A DNA stretch of 59,334 bases from an uncultured Gemmatimonadota bacterium (GCA_964348165.1 CAYGCC010000179.1:1-59334), one strand, 5' to 3'. Counted from the stretch's first letter, positions 35,736-44,755 are shown. The notes: generated from the letters alone by a model not told the origin. Numbers and translations are program-made.

Positions 35736-36022
35736 TGCTCTGGCGCCTTGAGCTGAGCTTGAAACTCCTGGACCTCGTGCAGCCGATGAAGCTCCGACTC
35801 GACGCCCGACAGCTGCCGCTCCAGGAGGTCGAGCCGCTGCGCCATGATCGACATCTCCTGGTTGGCACCCTGCGATTCCCTGATCCTGGCGATCGCCTCG
35901 GCGATCGGCTTGAGGGCGAAGCGAATGGTCACACCCGCGACGGGGATGAGAACGATCAGCGTCCCCATGAACACAGAAACGACGGCGGTGACGTCGATGG
36001 GCAATACCGGTGGGCCCTGCAT
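35732..36022 (-). CDS. hypothetical single-TM protein with C-terminal coiled coil
   Basis: Start chosen at ATG 36022, 6 nt after an AAGGAG. It has a TM segment VTAVVSVFMGTLIVLIPVAGV, then heptad-like MAQRLDLLERQLSGVESELHRLHEV. Confidence 0.5.
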   Translation of the reverse strand: MQGPPVLPIDVTAVVSVFMGTLIVLIPVAGVTIRFALKPIAEAIARIRESQGANQEMSIMAQRLDLLERQLSGVESELHRLHEVQEFQAQLKAPEH

Positions 36023-36145
36023 GATCATCTCCTTACTCCAGCACGACACCGGGCTGTGACCGCAAACCATCTCGCCCGGCACCCGTATGGGCGCAAAGGG
36101 GTTGCCGACCCTCGCGGCGACGCTGATCGCTCTGTCGCAGCTTCG

Positions 36146-38368
36146 TCAAGCCGGATAATCGAGGGCCTCGGGGATCGTCACGGTGGTCAGCGCCTGCGCC
36201 GCCCGGTCCTTCGCCAGCCGATAGCCGGTGAGGCAGCCGTCCAGCTTGCCGCGACGAAGGTTGAACGGCTCGTACCCGTCGAATCGCACGCAGGGGCCAC
36301 GTTTGGACGGCAGCGCGCCTTCCTCGTCGAGCGCGTCGACGGCGCAGGAGCAGATACCCGGCATCACGCTCTCCAGCACCACCAGCTCGCGCCTATTGTA
36401 AACACGCTCTCCTTGCTCGTCCCACGACGGATGGCGGTTGTACCCGAACACCAGCCCCGAACAGATGCGAGCCACCTCGCCGGCAGCGACGGCCGCCTGA
36501 ACGTGGCAAAGGTCGGTGAAGAAGCGAACCAGCCCCGGAAGCCGTTCCGTCAGCGTCGTGTTGTTTACCCCCTCGGTTTCCAGCTCGATCAAATCCAGGA
36601 TCTGGTATCGGGAGGCGAGCAGCCAGCAGAGAGCATCCGCCATGGTGAAGGTCACCCCTTGGCGGTGTCCTTTATATAGAGGCTGCCCGTCGGCGTCCTT
36701 CGACCCCAGCAAGTGCCCCAGCGTCCAGATCCACAGCTCCATGGCCGAGGCCAGCGCGCAGGCGCCCGAGCCGGGACGGCGACCGGCGATGCGCCGCATC
36801 TCGCGGACCCACTCCTCGAACTGGGCGAGAAAGATCGGATTCGTCATCGTAACGCTCAGCTGACGCCGCTGTACCGCTTCCGGCCCTTCGTACGTCGCCT
36901 CGAACTGCGCATCCATCCATTTTTGCGGTAGGAAGCCGGGGCAATCCTCGGTGATGCCGTAGCCACCCATCAGGCTGACGGCCTCGCGCATCATGTTGGC
37001 CCCGTGTCCGGTGTTCCAGAGCTTCACTGCCGGGCTGAGCACGTTGGCCAAAGCATCTTTGACCAGATACACGAGCAACGCATTCCGCTCCAGCTCCTCG
37101 AAGCGGTTCTGATCGCGCTCCGACGGCGGCTTCGCCACCAGCCGTAAATACTCGACCGCTTCATCCGCCCACTTCGCCCGCGCACGAAGCGCCCGCCGCT
37201 TTCCAGGGATCTCGGACTCGGCGAAGATCTCAGCGCGACGGTGATCCAACGGATCGAGCTCGTCGAACAGACGCGCCGCCGCGAAGCCCAGTGAGGCGCT
37301 CGCTTCGCCGGTGGCCCAGACGTCCACTAACCGGTGAAGCGCGTCCTCCTTCAGCTGCAGACCCAGTTCGCGACGCGGACTATCGGAAACATCGGAGGCA
37401 CCGCCGCGGAAGCGGCCGCGCTGGTAGCGGATGATCGGTTCCACAGCGGAGAGCAGCTTGGCGGCCGTCATTAAACCGACGGTCACTCGAGTTCGCTTGA
37501 AAACCGCGTCGATAACCTGCGAGTGCGTGTAGTTGGGTACGATCACACCGTCTTTCACCTTATAGCCGCCGACGATCCGGCTGGCCGGGACGTCGAGGCT
37601 GAAGATCGGGTCGCTGGACGACGAGAGCTGATGAGCCAGCTTCCGGGTGGGCGTCCCGCGATCGAAGGTCCCGGGGTCCGTCTCCTCCAGGACGATGATG
37701 CAGCTCGTTTTGATCCGCTCGTCCGCCGTGTCCACCGCCACCGACACGAAGCTGGCAAAGGCCATGTTGGTGATGAAACGGCCGCGCTTCTCGACGTGCA
37801 GGATCGGCTCTTCCCCGTCCTTCCACTCCTTCACCGTTACCTGGCCGCCCAGCACACCGGTGTCGACTCCCACGTGGGGGATTGGCTCGGTCAGAGCGAA
37901 GGCGCCCCGGCCGGGCTTTCGGTCCTCGCCCGGCTGGGGAGGTGCCGAGCGCCTCATGTAGCTCTCCCGTTGCTCCGGAGTCCCCGTCTCGTGGATCGGC
38001 GCCAGGCCCAGGTGACCGGCCACGGCTGCGGTGGCGGCTCCGCCATCCACCCAGGCCAGCTCCAGAGCGGCCAGCGCCAGCGCCAGATTCTTGGGGCCCT
38101 CCAGAGCCCCGCCGTACTCCCGATCGAGCAAAACGGAGCTGATCCCCGCCTCATCGAAGGCCTCGAGCAGCGCCGCCTTCTCCGGCGTCCACTCGTGGGT
38201 GTGGCGCCCGCCGTCCGCCACCAGCCGCGCCACCGGTCCCCGGGCGACCGATCTCACCGACTGGACGAGCGACTGCAAATCAGGTCGGGCACGGAACCGC
38301 CACATGATTTGGCGGGCCTCGTCTCCGGGGAGCGTGCTCAGACTCGGCTCAAGCTGTGACCTGCTCAT
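36146..38368 (-). CDS. acyl-CoA dehydrogenase family protein, large form with C-terminal extension
   Basis: 740-aa ORF. ACAD N-terminal and middle domains (GAFALTEPIPHVGVDTG.., FITNMAFASF) and an ACAD C-terminal helical part (EATYEGPEAVQRRQL). It is followed by about 230 extra residues with several Cys. Confidence 0.78.
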   Translation of the reverse strand: MSRSQLEPSLSTLPGDEARQIMWRFRARPDLQSLVQSVRSVARGPVARLVADGGRHTHEWTPEKAALLEAFDEAGISSVLLDREYGGALEGPKNLALALAALELAWVDGGAATAAVAGHLGLAPIHETGTPEQRESYMRRSAPPQPGEDRKPGRGAFALTEPIPHVGVDTGVLGGQVTVKEWKDGEEPILHVEKRGRFITNMAFASFVSVAVDTADERIKTSCIIVLEETDPGTFDRGTPTRKLAHQLSSSSDPIFSLDVPASRIVGGYKVKDGVIVPNYTHSQVIDAVFKRTRVTVGLMTAAKLLSAVEPIIRYQRGRFRGGASDVSDSPRRELGLQLKEDALHRLVDVWATGEASASLGFAAARLFDELDPLDHRRAEIFAESEIPGKRRALRARAKWADEAVEYLRLVAKPPSERDQNRFEELERNALLVYLVKDALANVLSPAVKLWNTGHGANMMREAVSLMGGYGITEDCPGFLPQKWMDAQFEATYEGPEAVQRRQLSVTMTNPIFLAQFEEWVREMRRIAGRRPGSGACALASAMELWIWTLGHLLGSKDADGQPLYKGHRQGVTFTMADALCWLLASRYQILDLIELETEGVNNTTLTERLPGLVRFFTDLCHVQAAVAAGEVARICSGLVFGYNRHPSWDEQGERVYNRRELVVLESVMPGICSCAVDALDEEGALPSKRGPCVRFDGYEPFNLRRGKLDGCLTGYRLAKDRAAQALTTVTIPEALDYPA

Positions 38369-38537
38369 GACGGATTACCCCCTCGGGCGGTTGGCGCTCG
38401 TGGAGCGTCAGCGATGGCCCGACGTGAGCCAGCGCCGCACCCAGTGGTGTGAGGCCAACCTCGACAACCTGCGAACCGTGGGCGTGGGCCGTGGATTCGC
38501 TTCTTTGCAGGAGGGTAACCCAGTCGGGGCTGCCGGG

Positions 38538-38810
38538 CTACCCGCCCTCGGCAAGCTCGACCGGGCTCGTGTGCTTGCAGCAGTCGAGCAGCATCTCCAG
38601 CCGCTCGGGGTTGAAGCCGATGATAAAGTCGTTGCCGTGGGCGACCACCGGCACACCGACACCGCCGCTGAGCTTCCGCCACTCCCTCAGCTCGAAGACG
38701 TCTTTGCTGATGTCCGCCTCGTCGAACTCGCAACCGTGTTCAGTTAGCCAATCCTTGACCATTTTGCAGTAGGGTCAAGTCGGTGTGGTGTATACTTTGA
38801 TCGTCGCCAT
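38538..38810 (-). CDS. glutaredoxin/NrdH-like protein with in-frame TGA at the first active-site Cys (probable selenoprotein, U-P-Y-C)
   Basis: Minus-strand reading from ATG 38810 gives MATIKVYTTPT-TGA(38777-38775)-PYCKMVKDWLTEHGCEFDEADISKD..GVPVV..IIGFNPERL. A GGGAGAG SD ends 5 nt before ATG 38810. The track ORF (38762) starts after the active site. Confidence 0.72.
38746..38760 (-). other. candidate SECIS-like hairpin downstream of the UGA
   Basis: RNA GGUCAA-GGA-UUGGCU, 14-28 nt 3' of the UGA, with a G-rich apical loop. It can be enclosed by UGCAA/UUGCG pairing. It was folded by eye only. Confidence 0.3.
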
Positions 38811-38883
38811 ATCGGCTCTCCCGTTCGTGTCGCTGGTGGAGTACTTATCGTTGGATAACATTGAGTCTGACCCTTAGTCAGCC

Positions 38884-41817
38884 ATGACGTCAAGCCCGGA
38901 AGAGCTCAGACCGTTCCCGCAGCAGCGGGCCGCCATCGAAGCGCCGCTGGGGCCGACGCTCGTCCTGGCGGGTCCCGGCGCCGGCAAGACGTTCTGCCTG
39001 ATTCGCCGCGTCCAGCACCTGATCGAGGCGCGGGACTTCGCACCCGAACACATCTGCGCGGTTACCTTCACCAACAAAGCCGCGGAAGAGGTCACGGCGC
39101 GTCTGCACCGCCGGCTGGGCGATCGCGCCGACCGTGTGACCCGCGGCACCCTTCACGCCCTCTGCCTGGGGATCCTCCGCGAGCACCCGGAAGCCGCTGG
39201 CCTGCGGCGCGGCTTCGGGGTGGCCGACGAGCTGTACCAGCGGCTGCTGTTGCGGCGCCTGGGGGTCCAGCCGGCGCGGCGCCGCGGCCACTTGCTCAAC
39301 CTCTTCGGCCGGAGCCGGCTGCAAGGTTACACCCTCACCGAGGGCGACGACGCGCTGCTCGACAGCTACCTGTCGATGCTGCGTCAGAAGAACCTGGTGG
39401 ACTTCGATGATATCATCGCGCTCACCGACCGGTTGTTCCATGATCATCCCGCGATCGCCGACGCGGTAGCGACACGCTGGCGCTACCTGCTGGTCGACGA
39501 AGCGCAGGATCTGGACGCCGCGCAGTACCGCATTCTCAAGCGGCTGGTTCAAGCTCACCGCAACATCTTCGCGGTGGGCGACGACGAGCAGTCGATTTTC
39601 TCCTGGCGTGGCTCGGACCCACGCATACTCTGGCGTTATCAAACGGACTTCGAGATCGAACATTCCGTCATCCTTGACCGAAACTTGCGTTGCAGCCGGC
39701 AGATCTTTAAGGCGGCGCGGCGACTGATGCGGGAAAACCCCGAGCTGTTCGACAAGAAGATCGAGGCGGAGCGCGATTCCGAGTTCGACGTCGAGTGCTA
39801 CATCTTCGAAGACGAGGCCGCGGAGGCCGATTGGCTGCTCAGAAGCATCGACGCCGACCGTGAGGCCAATGGCTGCGACTGGGGCGATTACGCCGTCCTC
39901 TACCGCAAGCACGACGTCGGACGCGAGCTGGAAAAGCGCTTCGTGGCCGCCGGCGTCCCCTGCCGGCTGGCGCGGGGCCGCGCGCTCCTGGACGATCGAG
40001 TGATCGCTTACGTGGTCGCCTCGTTGCGAGTGATGACCCGGCCCGAAGACCCCGTGGCGCTGGAGGCCTTCGCCCAGCGTCTGCTGCCGCGCGAGCTGAT
40101 GGCCGAGGTTCGTACGCTGGCCGCCGGCCGCGACGGTGATCTGTTAGGGGCGATGCGCGCCTACGCGCGCCACCACCCCAAAGGGCACCCGGACAGCAAG
40201 AAGGCCTGGCGCTTCGTCTATCATGTGGAGAACCTGCGGGCCGTCTACGCGTCGCACGCCACACTGCCCGAACTGATCGACGAGCTGCTTTCCCAGCGGG
40301 TGCGGCGCTACGAGAACCGCCTGGAGGAACGGTACGACGAGCTGGAGGACCCTGAGGTCTTTCCCGGCGCGCTCGAACTGGCGCAACGCCTGACGGCGGT
40401 AGTAACCGGCGGAGGATCGGTGTACCTGGCCGCGCAGGGGGGCATCGAGGTCGCGGCCCGCGGGATGCTCCACGCCGTAGAGCTGCCGGCGCGCTGCGAT
40501 TACCTGACGCCCGCTGTGAAGCCTCGCCCCGAGGACCTGGTGCTGGGAAGCGATACGCTGCGAGGACGGCCCCTGGCCACCACCCTGTTCAAGGCGCTCC
40601 AACTCATCCACGCCCGCGGCTTCCGCGACGTGCTCCGGGATTACGTGACCTTCGACGTGGAAACCACCGACCTCGACCCGGCCGGCTGCGAGATCATCGA
40701 GCTGGGCGCCGCCAAAGTCATCGGCGGCGAAGTCGTGGACACCTTCCGTTCCTTCGTGCGCTGTCAGAAGCCGATCTCACTCAAGGCGACCGAGAAGCAC
40801 GGTTACACCCAGCAAGATCTGCAGGGGGCACCGAGCCTCGAAGAGGTGTGGCCGCGATTCGTTGAATTCGCGCGGGGCCATGTCCTGGTCGCCCACAACG
40901 GCCACGAGTTCGACGTGCCCGTGCTGCGGCGTAACGTCGAGAGCTTCGCCAGCGTCGACGACCTGGTCTTCTTCGACACCCTGCCTCTGGCCCGCTCGCT
41001 CTTCCACGAGAGCGCCCGCCTGGAAGACCTGGCCGTACGCTTCGGAATCGCCGCGGGCGTCGCCCACCATGCCCTGGATGACGCGGTGACCCTGGCGCAT
41101 GTGTTCCAGGCCCTGGGCGATCACAAGCGCGCCCGGGCCCGTAAGGCGGCGCTGGTTAACCTTCTCGATCACCTGGCCATCGGCCTGGCGCTGGAGCCAC
41201 CGAGGCGTCTACAGCCCGAGGACCAGTTGCTGCTGGAACTCGCCGTGTCCTTCGCGCTGGGACGCTACAGCGACTGTCTGGAATTCTATGCGACGGAACG
41301 AGATCGAATCTCCGGCCCGGCGCCGCATCCAGAGGAGTTGATCGCGCGGTTGGGCGGCCGCCAGCTCATGGAGAGGATCCGGACCGAGCGTCGCCCCTCC
41401 GAGCGCTATCCTGCCGCGGTGGCCCGCCTCCATACCCTGGTCGAGGCCAGCCAGGCGGACGACCTGGCGGAGTCCGTTCGCCGACTTCTCGAGCGCGTCG
41501 CGCTTTCCACCTCGGAAGGCGTCGAGGCCGATCCGCACCGCGTCAACCTGCTCACCCTGCACTCGACCAAAGGGCTCGAGTTCTCGCGCGTCTACCTGGT
41601 CGGCGTCGAGGATCATCAGATCCCCGGCTACTACGCCGTGGTCGACAACCGCCAGGATGAGATCCAGGAGGCGCGGCGTCTGCTTTACGTGGGGATGACG
41701 AGGGCGAAGGACCGCTTGATCCTCACGCGCACCGTTCGCCGGCACGGCCGCGACTCCGGTGGAAGCACCTTCCTGAACGAGATTGGCCTCACGCCTACGG
41801 CTGCAGGTTCCCCTTAG
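38884..41817 (+). CDS. UvrD/PcrA-type SF1 helicase with an embedded DnaQ-like DEDDh 3'-5' exonuclease domain
   Basis: 977-aa ORF. Walker A LAGPGAGKTFCL, TFTNKAAEE, LLVDEAQDL, AVGDDEQSIFSWRG. Then the exonuclease motifs FDVETTDL, LVAHNGHEFDVPVL and HHALDDAV (about 40639-41118). Then helicase motifs V-VI: TLHSTKGLEF, YVGMTRAKDRL. Confidence 0.9.
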   Translation: MTSSPEELRPFPQQRAAIEAPLGPTLVLAGPGAGKTFCLIRRVQHLIEARDFAPEHICAVTFTNKAAEEVTARLHRRLGDRADRVTRGTLHALCLGILREHPEAAGLRRGFGVADELYQRLLLRRLGVQPARRRGHLLNLFGRSRLQGYTLTEGDDALLDSYLSMLRQKNLVDFDDIIALTDRLFHDHPAIADAVATRWRYLLVDEAQDLDAAQYRILKRLVQAHRNIFAVGDDEQSIFSWRGSDPRILWRYQTDFEIEHSVILDRNLRCSRQIFKAARRLMRENPELFDKKIEAERDSEFDVECYIFEDEAAEADWLLRSIDADREANGCDWGDYAVLYRKHDVGRELEKRFVAAGVPCRLARGRALLDDRVIAYVVASLRVMTRPEDPVALEAFAQRLLPRELMAEVRTLAAGRDGDLLGAMRAYARHHPKGHPDSKKAWRFVYHVENLRAVYASHATLPELIDELLSQRVRRYENRLEERYDELEDPEVFPGALELAQRLTAVVTGGGSVYLAAQGGIEVAARGMLHAVELPARCDYLTPAVKPRPEDLVLGSDTLRGRPLATTLFKALQLIHARGFRDVLRDYVTFDVETTDLDPAGCEIIELGAAKVIGGEVVDTFRSFVRCQKPISLKATEKHGYTQQDLQGAPSLEEVWPRFVEFARGHVLVAHNGHEFDVPVLRRNVESFASVDDLVFFDTLPLARSLFHESARLEDLAVRFGIAAGVAHHALDDAVTLAHVFQALGDHKRARARKAALVNLLDHLAIGLALEPPRRLQPEDQLLLELAVSFALGRYSDCLEFYATERDRISGPAPHPEELIARLGGRQLMERIRTERRPSERYPAAVARLHTLVEASQADDLAESVRRLLERVALSTSEGVEADPHRVNLLTLHSTKGLEFSRVYLVGVEDHQIPGYYAVVDNRQDEIQEARRLLYVGMTRAKDRLILTRTVRRHGRDSGGSTFLNEIGLTPTAAGSP

Positions 41818-42592
41818 TCTCGGCGGACCCCGACGCGCCCGCCCGAACACCTTCCACCTCCGGGAACGGTTTCAAGCCATCACCGCGATACCGGTAACGG
41901 AAAGCCACGCAGCCCGGCCGCCCGCCTGGGCAGTAGCAGCCCCTAAAGCGGACGACGGCGTACCTGCCATCTGCCGTGCGGATGGCAAGGGCGCGGTCGG
42001 CTGGGTTCAGCAGCGCGACGCGGTGCGGTTGCTGATCGACCAAGCCTTCGACGAAGATGCCTTCGCCTTCGATCCGCAGATGCTCAACCAGCTCGCCGCC
42101 AACCGTTACACGCACTGGGGCGTGGGCTGGGGGGTCACGCCCGTGGACTTCCCGGTTCACAGCCTGGTCGAACAGGTACAGAGCATATTGCTGGCGCAGC
42201 TGCTCAATCCGATCCGCATCGAGCGGATGATCGACAACGAGCTGCGCACGACCGGCGACGTTTACACGGCGGCCGAGCTGTTCAGCGACCTGACCGCGGC
42301 GGCCTGGTCCGAGCTTGCCGGCCAGCGCGTGCGGCCCGTGAACTCGTTCCGGCGCAACCTGCAGCGCGCCTACGCAGACCAGCTGATCAACCTCATGCTC
42401 TCGCCTTCACCCACGATACCGGAGGACGCCCGGTCGCTGGCGCGCCTCCACCTCAAGCGAATCCTCGGGCGTGTCGAGAGCGCTTTGGGGCAAAGCGGTC
42501 TCGATGATTTCAGCGAAGCGCACCTGGACGAAACGGGAGCACGGATCGAACGAGCGCTCAACGCCGAGGTCAGTATCGAGATCAAGAGCTGA
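41783..42592 (+). pseudogene. orphan 3' fragment resembling the C-terminal region of a large zinc-dependent metalloprotease family
   Basis: The ORF has no credible start and its 5' end overlaps the helicase. From about 41990 the translation (QQRDAVRLLIDQAF..LLNPIRIERMIDNE..FRRNLQRAYADQLINLM..ARLHLKRILGRVESAL) resembles only the last about 200 aa of about 800-aa proteases. Family recall is from memory. Confidence 0.45.
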
Positions 42593-42616
42593 GACAACCA
42601 CCCGTTTATCTAGTGG

Positions 42617-42647
42617 GGGTCGCCGAACGGCGGCCCTCTTCTTTTTT
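42617..42647 (+). terminator. rho-independent terminator
   Basis: GGGTCGCC-gaac-GGCGGCCC (8-bp stem with one G-U pair) followed by TCTTCTTTTTT, 25 nt after the stop at 42592. Confidence 0.75.
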
Positions 42648-42725
42648 GGGCCTGGGCCCGCGCTCGGCGTCATCGCATTCCGGGGCCGATCGGTCCCTTT
42701 ACACCCGCGAGACGGACGGATAGCC

Positions 42726-43559
42726 TTGGGCGTGCCCAACGTCATTGCGCTCTGTCTGTTGCTCGCGGCCGCTGGCCAGGCGCGCGCCGCACAGACGACT
42801 TCGCTGCCCGAGCTGCTGCTCGAGAATCGCACCGCCCGCGATCTGCGGGTGGAGATCGGGGATACGGTCTGGGTCTCGGGTCTGGATACCGGCGAGCGGG
42901 GCTTCCTGGTCGCGGGCACCTATCGGCGCCCGGCCGACCCTGCCACGGTGACCGTGCGGGACTACCGCGCGATCTTTCATCTCCCGGATCTGCAGGGGTT
43001 ATTGGGGTCGGGCGACCGGGTGGACCGCTTTAGCGTCAAGCTGCGCCCGGGCAGCGATCAGGACGCGGTCATCGCCCTGATCGATCGCCTGGCGTTCGGG
43101 GCGGATGCTTTGCCGAGCGAGACGGTCGCCAACGCGACGTCCGAGACCTTTCGTGTCGTCTCCCGATTCCACCGCGCCCTCGCCGGGATCACCATCACCG
43201 GCAGTGCCGTCTTTCTGCTCTGCCTGGTGGTCCTCAAGATCGAGGAGCGGCGCCTCGAGGGTGCGTCGATGCGTGACGTCGGCATTTCGCGCCGCACCCT
43301 GTTCCTCTGGATGTTCGCCGAGACGCTGGCTATGGCCGCCGCGGGCACGGCGCTCGGCCTCGCTCTCGGCTGGGTCGGCTCCGCCGTCATCAACGCCTAC
43401 TTCCGCGGGCTGTACGACACCTCGCTCGCCTTCGCGAAAGTGACTTCCGACCTGACGCTGCTCGTCAGCGTCATCGGACTTGCCACAGGCGTCGCCGTCG
43501 GCATCCTCGCAGGGCTCGGGATGGTCCGGACGCGCTCGGCCCGTCTGCGCGGGATATGA
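42726..43559 (+). CDS. ABC transporter permease, FtsX/MacB-like (AttF/AttG-like)
   Basis: The start is uncertain: TTG 42726 or GTG 42732, with no ATG available. N-terminal hydrophobic segment VPNVIALCLLLAAAGQARA, then a periplasmic domain, then the FtsX TM bundle. The stop overlaps the next start by 4 nt. Confidence 0.75.
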   Translation: MGVPNVIALCLLLAAAGQARAAQTTSLPELLLENRTARDLRVEIGDTVWVSGLDTGERGFLVAGTYRRPADPATVTVRDYRAIFHLPDLQGLLGSGDRVDRFSVKLRPGSDQDAVIALIDRLAFGADALPSETVANATSETFRVVSRFHRALAGITITGSAVFLLCLVVLKIEERRLEGASMRDVGISRRTLFLWMFAETLAMAAAGTALGLALGWVGSAVINAYFRGLYDTSLAFAKVTSDLTLLVSVIGLATGVAVGILAGLGMVRTRSARLRGI

Positions 43560-44755
43560 TTAACGCCCTCGTCATCGGCTGGCGCACGCTCGTTCGCCGT
43601 CACGGCCGGCTCGCCCTGTTCATCGCCGCCGTCACCGTGGCCGCGGCCGTCCTCATCGACATGGTGATGCTGGCGGCGGGCCTGCAGCGCAGCCTGACCG
43701 ATCTGCTCGAAGCCACGGGTTACCAGGTCCGGGTGCTTCCAAAAGGCTTGCTGCCGTTCGAGACCGAGGCGGCGATCCTCAGCTCCGATTCGCTGGCCGA
43801 GCTACTGCGCGCCGATCCCCGGATCGACGAGGTGACACCGATCTGGGCCCGCACCGTGTACGTCGCGCGCCCGGCCGGCGGGGCGATGAGCCCCGAGGCC
43901 ACCTTCTGCTATGGGGTGCCGGCGGGGACGACGCCCGCTCTGCGCCTGCTCGAGGGCCGATCGGTGGAACGAGGTGGTGAGGTGATCGTCGATGCGCGTC
44001 TGGCTGGGGATCTCGAATTGACGCCCGGCGGCTCTCTCGAGATCGGTCTCGAGCCCGACGCCGCTCTAGGAGCGATGCGGCGCCAGCGCAGCGTGCGCGT
44101 GGTGGGGGTGGCGGAGTTCATGTTCGCCGCCGAGGGCTCCGCCACCATCGGCATGACCATCGAAGATCTGTGGAATCTCGCCGGCACCGCCTCGCACCCC
44201 GCCGCGATGATCGCCCTGCGCGTGGCCCGCGACGCGGACGCCTACGCTGTGGCGCGGGACTACCGCGGCCGTCTGGGCTTTGTCGATGTGTACGCGATCC
44301 CCGAGATGATCGAGGCAGCGGGCGACCGGCTGACCTACTTTCAACAGCTTTCGTTGGTGCTCGGCACCGTTAGCCTGGGCGTGGCCTTCTTACTGGTCGC
44401 CACGCTGTTGACCCTCTCGGTGAACGAGCGCTGGGGCGAGATCGCCGCCTTGCGCGCGCTGGGCATCACGCGTGGCCGGATGCTAGCTCAGGTGGCCTGG
44501 CAGGGATTGATCATCTCGGCTTCGGGAACCGCCGCCGGTTTCGGGGTGGGATTGATCGTCGCTCGCTATCTGGACGGCATTCTGACGCGCTTTCCCGGGC
44601 TGCCGCTCAATGTGTCGTTCTTCATCCTGGAGCCGTTCGACGCCGGCCTCTCAGCGACTTTGCTGCTGACGACAGGTCTGCTCGCCGGCCTCTATCCGGC
44701 CTGGCGGGCGGCGAGCGTGAACATCGCGTTGGTCCTCAGGCAGGAGATCGAATGA
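43556..44755 (+). CDS. ABC transporter permease, FtsX/MacB-like
   Basis: 399-aa ORF. It has TM1, a periplasmic domain, and the FtsX C-terminal bundle (ALRALGITRGRMLAQV..). It has 4-nt overlaps on both sides. Confidence 0.85.
   Translation: MINALVIGWRTLVRRHGRLALFIAAVTVAAAVLIDMVMLAAGLQRSLTDLLEATGYQVRVLPKGLLPFETEAAILSSDSLAELLRADPRIDEVTPIWARTVYVARPAGGAMSPEATFCYGVPAGTTPALRLLEGRSVERGGEVIVDARLAGDLELTPGGSLEIGLEPDAALGAMRRQRSVRVVGVAEFMFAAEGSATIGMTIEDLWNLAGTASHPAAMIALRVARDADAYAVARDYRGRLGFVDVYAIPEMIEAAGDRLTYFQQLSLVLGTVSLGVAFLLVATLLTLSVNERWGEIAALRALGITRGRMLAQVAWQGLIISASGTAAGFGVGLIVARYLDGILTRFPGLPLNVSFFILEPFDAGLSATLLLTTGLLAGLYPAWRAASVNIALVLRQEIE

Noticed and set aside
38369-38537. 170-nt gap between the Sec-Grx stop and the ACAD start, examined for a small gene or structured RNA
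   Set aside because: There is no ORF with an RBS and no convincing conserved-looking structure by eye. The region contains only the GAGGGGG RBS of the ACAD gene. It is left as an untested leader or intergenic region.
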